Positions 48,801 through 60,800 of a stretch of 64,000 bases of DNA are shown here, in pieces. This DNA is from Acanthaster planci. Lineage: Eukaryota. Where the stretch lies: positions 3,692,569 to 3,756,568 of the forward strand of contig NW_019091358.1 in the NCBI RefSeq assembly GCF_001949145.1. Direction: 5' to 3'. Below the pieces are notes generated by a model. It was not told the DNA's origin, did no database searches, and saw nothing but the letters and a program-made list of their open reading frames with translations. A program made the position numbers and the translations under genes. Each line of letters starts with the position of its first letter. Position 1 is the first letter of the stretch.

Positions 48801-51800
48801 GAAAGTAAACTGATTTGAAGTGTAGTTGTGTGCTTTCAGTAATTACCCACCCTTTCCCAATCAGAGCTGTGTACTTTAACTAGCCACACAACAGCAATCA
48901 GCCTTCAGTCTGCCGTTTTCCTAAACCTCCGGCGAGACTTGTGTCATCAGTTATTGGAAACTCAGAACCGTGTGGGTGGGGTTGTGCGGTCAGAGGCTAA
49001 TCATGTAATGGTTTGGTACCTCTCTCAGAGGGGTACAGCCAGGACTCTGGTTTCAACTCCAATGACATTGACACTGAACTCTGCCAGACACAAATGAAAC
49101 ACAAGCACACTTGGCTTTTCTCAGCAATCTGATACTATTGTTTGGAGTACAGTAACTGCAACCTTGTCTTGGCAGCAAGTTCTTAAGTTGATATCTTTAC
49201 CTTTTTTATACTATAGTTTTGGATTTCCCCCAAGACACCCATTAACCAGACCCTAGTCTGGTTCATTTGGGGAATATTTTTTTAAGTTATGGGGAAACAT
49301 GAATCACCTTACAGTCACAGAATAGTTTTTCTGAGTTTTTCTCTCTATCAGTGCCAATGTGTACAGTTTACAAAAGTGCACACAATTTGGCCTTGGTACA
49401 TGTGACTTCACTGATGTACTTTTTCAAGGCACAAAAACATTTGTGAATATGGCAGGAATTTCTGACCTTGAACCAAAGGTAACATTGTCATCCCAAAAGG
49501 ATGCATTTGTCTAAAATCCAGTCACACAGCAACTTTTTAAGTATGCAATTGCAATAGTACTATTTAAAGAAATTAATTACTGTGTAGGCCCTCTGTATAT
49601 ATCTAAAACTACAGCTGAACAATCACACTTGGCAGATTAGAGTTGGAAGATTTTGCCTTTTCCCCAGTATTGCAGTTTGAAACAATTTTCATTTTGTTTT
49701 GTTTCACAGTGAAATTCCGCATGCTGACAATTGACCAGAATTTCAGACCAGACCTGAGTCAGGTAAAATGGAATTGGTTATAGCCAATTTATCCTTACTA
49801 CGAACGGGAAATCTCTTTTCCACTGTGTGAAATGTATAGTTAACTGATGCACACAAAGTCCTTTTAAATACTCTCCAATGTACAGCCAGTGTGAAACAGA
49901 CTTGGCCACTACATGTACATGTATACAGTGATTTCTTTTCAACAGAGCTATAATGTCCTGGATTTAGAAGGTAGCAGTGATGAATATTTTGTAGGCACAC
50001 TTTTTCTGGAGCTTTATTCTCATCTTTGACATGTGAAAACTATTTAAAATTCCTTTCAGCTTAAATGTATTGAAAAGGGCAGTTTTTATGCACATGCAAA
50101 ACTGATCACACTTTCCTCTGTAGTGTTGTCATGCAGGAAAGACATGGCTATGTGCATAAGGTTTTCTCTTCAAGTTATAAACCCAGAATTTACTTACTGA
50201 CAACATTGCTGAGAAAGGGTTGCTCTCTAGCTTATTGAATCGTCAAAGAAACAAAAATTCAAGCCAGCAAGGTATGAATCCAGCAGTTTTTTACACAATT
50301 TTTTAATCAACGTCGCATTAAGATTTTCTTCCTAATATGTGCTCAATATGCAAATATGCTCAATAGCATAAAAATCAAAAAAGGTAGCAAAGCACCCATT
50401 AAAGTTGGTGAAAAGTAGCTTCATCAATATACAAAGGTGGATTTTGAAGGTTTGCATTTAAACAAATAAATGTATTACAAAACCCTTGAAGGCTCCCAAC
50501 TCTGATACTCTGGTACATATATGCATCCCATATCAGGTGTCCAAACTTTGGGTGGAGGCACCAAGTGGTATCCACATGGCCCAGTGGCTGAACATAGATA
50601 CCGAGGCCAATGATGGCATCATTGATCTGGAGCTACCTATGACCTCTGACCCACCCCTCGGTCAATGGAAGATAACAGCTGTCCATCGGGGCAAGGATGT
50701 CACACAGACATTTACCGTGGATGAATATGGTGGGTGTTAAATATGGTTATATTTCATCCATACTTATTGCAGATACAAATTTCCTAAAGCAGTTGATTTA
50801 TGGAAGAACCAGTTTTTCTGCAGACTAAGTCTTACAGTGCAACTTCTCCAAGAAACAAGAAGGTGGACTTGATGATGTTTTCTTGTATACAGAGTTGATC
50901 CACAAATTGGTGTGGATACAGATGAGTGTTTTCAGTTCAGCTACAGCGGACGGGTGAAATGAAAGAGGAATTAGAAATGTTGGCCATTAAGGAACTGAAG
51001 TGTCATAATTCTACTTTCATTTTGGCATCTGTTCTCTCTCACATTGTAGTCTTACCCAAATTTGAGATTGACATCCAGGCCCCCACTTACATCTTAGTGA
51101 ATGAATCCAGAATGGATGCCAGGATTTGTGCCAAGTAAGTATTGGCTGTATCCATCTATATAAGCTTTTTTCTTGCCGTCAGTTTTGTCAGAAAAAATAG
51201 ATAGTTATTCCACCAGGTAAAGACTAGATTGACCCCATTTTATTCAGCTGTTGGTTATTTTATTAGCCTGATAGCTTAGCAAATAGTTTTTAGTGGTTGT
51301 AAGGGTTTTGCAGGCCTCGAAGGTAAATTTGCATAGACTGCATGCTTACCTAATCAGTGGGTTCCATCTTTGGCAAATTACACTGATTATCAGATATGCT
51401 TATATCAGGGTTATATACGAAGTCGGTCACCTTGATAGTTTTTGCATTGAAGGCAGTACTAGTACCAGGCATGAAACAGACGGTGTGTAAAGATCAGTGC
51501 GTGGTATTAAGTATATCGTGAGTGATATACCAAGGAAGGAAGTCTCATAGGAGGCTGTAAAGATGGAAGGCTGGATATTACATGTACTCTATAGACATTT
51601 GAAGGAGATCTTACCGTAGAAGTGGAAAATGTGATGATCATCAGGAAAAATAGACCTTATTCGTGGTCAAGCCAATTTTGAATGTGTTTCCAGAATCTTT
51701 GTCATGGTGCCAGACTGTTTTTGGTTCCATGCCTCACCTTTTTTTTGAATGTTTTTGAAAATATTTAGTCATATTTTTACATTACTCATCATCATATTAA

Positions 51801-54800
51801 AATGAACTTCATCTGTAGCGAACTTTTATTTCACCGCTTTGATTTTTATTCTGAGGTTTCCAAAGAAAAACAGTTGACTTCACTCCAATTCAGTGTTAGT
51901 ACCAACTTGTAACTAAGGTCAATTGAGCCATTTGAATTTATTGAAGCATACTTTCCTCGTCATTCCCCTCTCAATTCCTTAAGTTTGTCTTGAGACTCAG
52001 AAGTAGCTTTGATACGAATTTTTTCTGCGTATATTAGTTTGTGTAACAAAATAAAAAAAAAGCTGTCAGTGTGTAGGCCGAATACCGAGGGAAAGGCCCC
52101 ACCATAGAAAAATCTCCCACTGTTGAGGAAGGCTCCTGGTACACTCACAGTTGGTGTAATTAATTGACAGCCAGGTTGCAGACAAAACCACCCCAGCAAA
52201 GGCAGCACAAGTGTTGTTGCTTCTCTCACAGAAATGAACTTGTGCCTTGTTAGCATGCTCTTGGGACCATAACATTGAAGGAGCAATGAGGGCCTCGATT
52301 TATGACTGCCTAATATTACTTCAATCCATCCCCCAAAGTGATTGGGCTGAACAGCTGGAACACTGTGTGGGGTGATGTTGAGGGGAACTTGGTGTTTACA
52401 TTCCCCTTGTTATTGTGCACAGCTGTTACATAACCACCCAGCAGTCCTGTGATTTTTCTGATTATGGAGGTTGCATGGCAGCTATACAGGTTAAGTTCCT
52501 CAGTTTTGTCCATAGAGTGATTGTTCCTGTCATTGACTGCTCCTGTCAGGTAAACTGAACAATGGAGATTTGACACCTAGGAGGGTGCTTCCTGCTGCGG
52601 TGTCCATGTTATACAAGGCTGGGGCCTTTAATGAGTCTCAGCTGCCAAAGACTGTAGAGCTAGACTCATGTGAGAAGACATTTACCGGAGAAAAAATAAG
52701 AAAAATATAAAAATTGGCACACCACCAATTTGAACTCAACCCAGTTTCCTTCTGTGTGTCAAGGTCTCGTGAGATCACACTATACATAAAAAGAGTTCTC
52801 TCTGGAAGACGCCTCAGTGGTCATGAATTGGCTTCAACAAAAACATTGTGCGCATATACAGGCCTACATATCTCTGTTGATGATGTGAATAAAGAAAAAA
52901 CTTTTCCATTGTTCTTCTCTAATGCCAGGGGCACTGCTTGTCTGATGTTAAATTTATGATTCTTTTCACAGATAACGGATTTCCTGTGCAAATTATCATG
53001 CAGTTTCAAATGATGTTAAAAGAAACCAAAAGTTGTTTCTCTCTGTTTGTAGTGAAGTTCCCAAGAAATACTACCAGTCTAGAAGCTAACAGTTTATCAT
53101 TCTTAACAATAACATGGCATAAATTGGGGGCTTATTTGCTCAGAAGTACCCATATGTTGGTTTGTACACTTAAGGTTAGACACACGGGGCGAATTGAAAT
53201 TGAATTCACACTCCTTTGAGGTATTTGTTTGACAACAGGTACACCTATGGACAACCAGTGAGAGGTTCCTTTGGGGCTGTTATCTCTGTGGCTAATGATG
53301 GCTGGAGTGCAAGACCTAGGGCTGCCATTGAGTACTTCATAGAGGTATATTTTCCAACCCTGTTGACTCGAGAAAGTGAACAAAGTCATTTTGAAAGTAT
53401 TAGGCGATATTTTCTTTTTCGTTTTTTTTTAGTCGCGTGAAGTTTCTCTGTACTTATTGAATTTGTGGTTAAAAAGGTTAATTTTAAAATTCTATTTGTT
53501 TTCTCAGGTGTTATGTTCTGCAAAGTTTTTTTATGTTATTTGCCGCAAAACTTTATTTACAACTATACCCAGAAGTTAACTGTTGGAGTTCGTAAGCTGT
53601 TTTATCTGAATGGAAAACCACATAAACCTGTGCTTCCCATCTCCTTGATGGATGCCAAGTTGGAATGAACATTGTTTTTTTTTATCTGAAATTTGGCACT
53701 GAATCAAACTGCCTGATTTGGAAACATGTCTTGTCAAAGGCATCCATAGTATTTTATCTCCATCCTGTGCGTGGTCGTATTTACATGAATGTTTCCCCCC
53801 AGCTGTATTTCCTCTCTTTATCATTTCCTTGTGGTAAAAACATTTTGTCACGTGCACAGCATGATACAGAGTGTCAACATTTTAAACGCAGTATTTTGTA
53901 GGCTTATGCTTGGTGTTTACAGTGTGCCTGAACAAAGTGCTATTGGAAATTAGACATAGGCTGGGAAATCCTACTAAATTTGCCGTAAAAAAGGACATGA
54001 TCAGGAATCTGTTATTTCATGATTGCCTTCTCAGTTGCTTGCTGCTATAGGGGTAAAAAGCAAGTTACATGAATGTTTCTGAAGCAGAAATGTAGCCAAA
54101 TTTGTGCGAGTCTGGTATTATTACTGGGGCCATGGTAGATATTTTGCATAGCTTAGGTAGGAATTTTCTTTCAAAACAAGCTTTTATTCATATTTTATTT
54201 CACCAGGAATTTTGGTTCGTTATTTTTACAGAATTCCAGTTGACCCTGTGGTTAGTTGGTTGGCACGTTCTTTGGTTTGGTAGGGTCAGTGGCTTTTATT
54301 GCATTGTTTGTCCCAAAGGGCATGCCCTACACTTGGGTGTAAATGGAACAGACATGAATGCGGATATCATAAGACATCTCCCCCCCATACAGGATACGGG
54401 AAGAGACGGCTGCCAGGATATTGTGGTAGAAGTTTACCGCCTGGAACTGAACAGCACTGACTTTGGTTTGTGGAATGCTAGGATCCATGTTGCCGTGGAA
54501 TTCACCGAGGAGACAACAGGTACAGAAATAAGAAATGTTTACAAATTGGTGGACATTATTTATAGAACGAAATTTAAACATGTGCATTTTGAGCATTTAG
54601 ATGCTTTATTCAATATGGTTTTATATACAAAAGCATGGGTCTCTTTTTCTTCTTGAAATTCAGCAGCAGCCAAACTCTCGTTTTGCCACCTCTCACCTAA
54701 TTAGTTTTTAAGTTAAGAAAAGTTTCCTCTTCACAAGAGTCACTTAAACGTGATGTGTTTTTTGGGGGTTTCAACCCAACTTAATGCAGGTATCATGTTG

Positions 54801-57800
54801 TCTGAAGAGAAGGATGTCGCCAAGGTGTCAACAGAGGCACTGAAGTTGGAGTTCAAGGCACCGCCAACATTCAAACCGGGTGTTCCATACTATGGAAAGG
54901 CAAGTGGACTTCAAGGAGCCTGTTGCAAAAGTGTCTGTTGTACACATGTCGGGGAAGGGGGGGTTGATGTAGTGATGCATTGTGGGAACCAGCTACCCTG
55001 TTGAAATGAAACCCACGTAACTGGGTACTCTAACCCTAATTTCAAAGATAAAAGAATGATAAAACATTTGCATTTTATCAATTCTGTCTTACCCAGAAAT
55101 GTGCAAAAACAATATGACAATCTTTGGACACATGTTTCTTGAAGTTCACTCACAGAAACTTGTTGAAACCTTTCCGTTTCCGTGTCACATTAGCTGCTTA
55201 GTAATTCAAAAAGTTGCTTTTTGATACCTGGTCTAATAAGTAGGTACAGGTTTCTGACAGCGTCAGTCAGGTACCTCCATGTAGTTATCCAGTTCCAATA
55301 CACAACTCTGAGAGAGTGCCATTTGAGAGAGAGCTTTTCAAAATTCAGTTCCCAATTTTAGCAAAGGCTTGGGCTGTGGAGGCATGAACAAGAGAGCATA
55401 TTGGGACTATACGCTGAAGACACGTGCTTGCTGGCAAGCCATTAGGCAAGGAACACGTCAAACCTGAAGCATCCTGTGGGCTCTGGGCAAGTGGCTTCAA
55501 TAGCCTTTGAATGCTGTCCCTCCAAACTCCCCCCCCCCACTTCTCTATTTGTCATGAGTGAGAGTGTGTGTGTGTTCAGATTTGGTAGTTCGTTACCTTG
55601 AAGGAGCTTTGTCAAGTATCTTGCAAGAGTGAAAAAATTGGGGAACTTGTATGTCTCATTGTTATAAGTAATGCATTGATATTTTGGCTTCATAAGTGGT
55701 TAGCTCTCTCAGCAATATCAATTTAAGCTTTCGGAAAGGAACATTGATTTGTTAACGGCAAACCTAAGAAGTCAGAAATCAATTTGAAGAACATTGTTGG
55801 AGGAAAACTTCATGCTTTCACCAAAGGGAAAGTTTCACCCAAAGAGATCGACAGTGGAGATGCTGACAGTGCTTGGCAAGTAAATGTATTACTTGGCATT
55901 AATAGATCCAGCTATATATACCATGCTTTTCTTCAGATCATTGTAAAGAACCCAGATGACTCGCCAGCTGGGGGTAAGACAATAGAGCTCACTGCAGACA
56001 CCAATGAGGGGCGAGTGTTTGATGAGATCCTAATCTCTCCACCCAGTGGCATCATTGACTTCGCGGCCAAGAACATCTCCATCCAGTCATCCAGCCTTAA
56101 TCTATATGTTAGTGTCATAGTTTTTTACCCTTGCTTGATTTCACCTCATCGACCTTTATCACGATGCTGCTGTGTTCGTCTTGCTCCCTGTAGCCCCTTT
56201 GGCAAAGCAATACAACTTAACATATTGATAAAAGGGAACGGAGTAATTGTCCTTTCAGACTCGGTTTAGTTACATTTGTTTGAATGTTAGAAAAGCAAAA
56301 TAGAGGTCTCTAGTCCCCCAGCGCATTGTTGCAATGGTGAACATAGAATATTCACCATCAGGAACCCTTGAGATATCAGTTGTTCTGAATTGCCGTGGAT
56401 TTAAGTAAATGCCATTTGCCACCCTATATTTTACTTTATACACCACCAGAATGTCATCCAAGTGGGAATCGTAGATCATATGGCATAAATTGTGTAGTAT
56501 AATACATGGCACGACCATGATTATACCAAATAACCCTTACAAGATGGGGAAATTTCGGAACTCTTAATGGTTATGCTTCTTTAAGGAAGAAGTTCAAAAG
56601 GTTATCAAATAATTAGAGCAAATTATAAAGCAGAATTATCTATTTAATCATAAACTAAGACTGATCATGAAAACTTTGTGTTGCATATTTACCAACACAT
56701 TAACTAGCGACTTGTACATCATAATTTCAAGTGAATTCAGTCTTTGTGTAAAACAGTGACAGACTGAGTGTTCTAGTTCTGTCTTATGACATTATTTTTA
56801 CCACTGCACTCGTGAAACATGCATTTGAGGCCTTAATTTTTAAGTCACCGGAAACAAAATAATAGTTTCTTGACCTGGGGTTAGGTACCAGTATCAGTTT
56901 GCCTTTGTGGTGTCACCTAGATTTGTGTGCAAATCATCTAAATTCGCTTGACTTTTAGCGAGAGAGGGCGGTGTTGTGGGTAGGGCTCGTAGCTCATGAA
57001 TGGAGGGTCGGGGACTCCAATCTAGCTGTTGGTCCAATACTGTGTCCTTGGGCAAGCCATTTTACCCCAACTTGTTTTTCTCCACATTATTTCCACTAGC
57101 ATCGCATTCAATAGGAGCAGAATCGTTCTCAGTTCTGTCAAGACAAGGAATCCAGGAGAAAAAAAAATTTACTTTTACTACCACCTTATCACAGTGACAA
57201 CTTAAAACAGGTGTTAATACACTAAATTTTCTTCTTTCTCTCTGACATTTCTTTATTTTTCCCACTCAGGCCAGAGCACCAGGCTATGACAACAGGCCCG
57301 ATGATTACTCATATGGTGGCCGGTACCGTTACATGTATGACCCATCTGTGTCATTGGGGGCCCAGCCTCAGTACTCGCCCTCAGGCAGCTTCATCCAAGT
57401 TGCCCCCATTCTGGAGACAGTGAACATTGGCACTGTGCAGACCCTCACCATTGACTTCACAGCCAGGGAGGCAGAGAAAGAGAGTATTGATTTCAACTTT
57501 CTGGTATGTCGGCTTTCTTGGCTGGTTAGGTTTATAATTGGCACAAACTAAAGTGAAAGTGTGCACCATTCAGGAATCTTCTGAAGTCCTACTATAGTGG
57601 AACACCGCTATAACAAACACAACGGGGTCCACGCTAAATGTTTGGTATAGTGGTCATTCGGTATAGAGAACTTAACTGCCGAACATTTCGGTGCCATGTT
57701 GAATAGCGCCTTGTTTAACTGAAGTGCACCCTCTTGTGATACTATGATTCACTGTTTTTGTGATGTTTTGCCGTAGCATTCACGTTTGAGGTTTCTAGAA

Positions 57801-60800
57801 ATGTATCTGTTAATTATTTTTGTTTTTTATTAAATCTTGAGTTACAAAATTGATATTTAGTTTATCCTAAAAGTCGTGAAGCTACCGCTCAGGATCGATC
57901 TCTGATGCATGCTGTGGCGAATCTCGGTTGATTTGCAACTGCATAATGTTTGGTAGGTTTTGTGCACAAAATAATGGGAGCCAAGGACGATGTTCGGTAC
58001 AGCTGAATGTTCGGTATAGCGGTGTTTGGTAAAGTAATGTTTCACTGTACTAGCATGTACAATTTCTTGGATGAACAAATGTTCCGTTTAGACAGGCCCG
58101 GAAAGCGTCTTGTTGAGGTAGTAGTGTGACTACACCTCCTAAGCCTCTAGTTTGGTTACTGGTTGGGAAAAAACTCTGTGGGAGTGATTGACCTTTGACA
58201 TTTACCAATAAGGGGACATATTAGGTGTTCCAAACAGACCACTTGCATTGGCCATCCTTTATTGAGTTGATCTCGTTGAGCTCCCACTGTCATTAGGTTC
58301 GTCTCTCATCTCTGTGACCCGCAGTTCATGTCCAAAGGAAACATCCTCGGGACTGGTGTTGATAGCCTGGTGCCAGTGGACCCTAACACGCACCAACGGA
58401 CTGCTCGACAAGCTGGGGAGGAGGAGCCAGAACTTGATCTGGTTCCATCTTCTATCATAATTGAGCGTAGCGTCATTGGTTACCCTGACAGCGAGATCTC
58501 TGAAGGTGGTAAGTTTTAGTCGGTTTTAGAATGTCATGCAACATGTGGCGATGGAGTTGATATTTTCTCGTATAAATGTGGTCAGTTTAAGTTGTACAGA
58601 TACGGTAATTTCAGAGTGAGCGTAATTAGTTTACGTGTACCGGTAGAGGCTATTTTCACAGGGAATTTTGTGCACAAGAGCTTTGCTCAATAGCTGCAGG
58701 CTTAATACCAGTAAAAATATGGTGTGGTATTTGTGTGATGATCCTCCTCTAACTTTTGTTGAGCAAGTGAGCATTCCAAAGGAAGCCGACAATGATATGG
58801 TCATTTGCAGATTACCGAATTTAATATTAGTAGTTGGGCCATATTTTAGTTCATTAACAGCGTTGGGCCACTAAACTACATCCAGCACCCATGCACAGTA
58901 TTAAAGTCTGTCGCGACTTGCATAGGCACAGACTAGAAAAAATGAATGACATGTGGCAAATGCTAAGGTCCCTAAAATAATATCAACTTTATAGACATTA
59001 GGTGACATCTGCAGCGAAATACCAGTATATACATTCTTCCAGGGTTGTAGCTATGTTGGCCGGCACCGGCCGGTGCTAGCCATGACTCAACATCACCGGC
59101 CGGTGGTTGAAAATGAAGCTTGCTGGCCGACACAAATTACAATGTATACTACATTATTGCAACTTTCTAGCACTGAGAGAGAAAATGGGCCTTTTTATTT
59201 TGTAAAAATTGTCACTTTGTTTTGATTTTATAGAGATCTCACCGAAAGAAAGTTCTAAATAAACGTCATTCTCCAAGTACTTGCAGAGTTCACCTGCGTA
59301 ATGTGCTACATACGCAATCGTTGGTTTCTATCACAGAATGTCCATGCTCAATCTGGTTCCCAGACCAAAAGATTCTGACTACCGTAACTTTCGGAATATA
59401 AGCCACAGCTCACACGTTGCTTCTCATGCCGAAAAATGTCCTTGCAGCTTATACTCCAGGCAGCTTCTACGGCAACACGTGTTCACAGGCCGCTTAGACT
59501 TGATTGTGTACTTGAAATCGGCGTGGACCCAAACGTTGGGCACTTTGGAGTTTGTGTATTATTGAATTATTACCTCCAATTTTACATAAGTTGAAATTTA
59601 GTCAAACTCCAAATACTCTGATCAATAAATGTTAATTTCATACACCCTAGCAAAGTTCTGATGAACTTTTATTTTGGCCCGACTTTCCAATTTTTTTATC
59701 TTAAGTGCAAAATGAACTCGATTAAAATCCGCTCTGAATTTTTTTTTCAAAATTTTTTAGTTGGGTATGTAAGTGGAGGATAATAATACATGTAAGTTGA
59801 GTTGATGTGAACAAAGGTAACTACATGTAACTAATAACACACTAATTCTTATTTTTTGCATTAATTTTATTTTTTATTTGTTGTGGTACATGTAAGAAGA
59901 TTTTCCCATGCAGAAAGGAATAACGTGTCCTAAAAAGTTATTTTAAACTAGGGTCACAGGTGTCAGGTGATCTGAAATGGAAATCTTTCCATATTCGTTG
60001 ATGCGCATTCAGTGTACAAATGCACATTATGTACACATCCATGTACGTGTTCATGGTTAGCTCGCGAGTGCATACAACCAGCACACGGTGCAAAACAGCG
60101 AGCACTAAACATTCCTAGCTACAACCCTGCATGTTAGAAAACTCAAATTTATAAGAAATAAACAATCAAGCATCCAAAATGCAAAGTTTTTGATCCCCAC
60201 AATGAGTCTGACCTGTCCTGAAAAATGGAATCATACACACATTTAATTATTTTTTTGGTTGATGGTATTTCTCTCACACTGGCTTGGCTTGTTATTTCCC
60301 TGCCGCAACTCATCCCGCACCCCGCACCCTAACTAAACAACAAACTGTCAGCATCTAGCTCCCAATTCAGCTTCATTAAACCCCCTAACACCCCAGAGCC
60401 GCCCGTGGTCATCGTCAGTCCGGGAGAGCTGAACACCGTTGAAGCTCAGATCACCATCACCCCAGAGATGATTCCGCTGACCCGCGTCCTGGTGTACTAC
60501 ATCCGCAAGGACGGTGAGGTGGTGACCGACAGCCTGGCCATCAACGTGCAAGAAGTGTTTGAGAATGAGGTAGGTCCAGCCCGCCCTGAATCGAAGTGCT
60601 CCTTCACCGGCTAAAGAAGAGAGGCAGGCTGATGGGAAGTGCTTGCAACCTGGCTCATTTTGTTTCGACACGGTGCACGCTTGAAGACCATGCACTCCAA
60701 CAGAAATTGGCAGCACGCGCCCAGTGCAACCCTTGCCGAACATGCATAAACCTTCGCGCGCATGCTGTGAGGTCTCACCAAAGGACCCTCATTGGTATGT

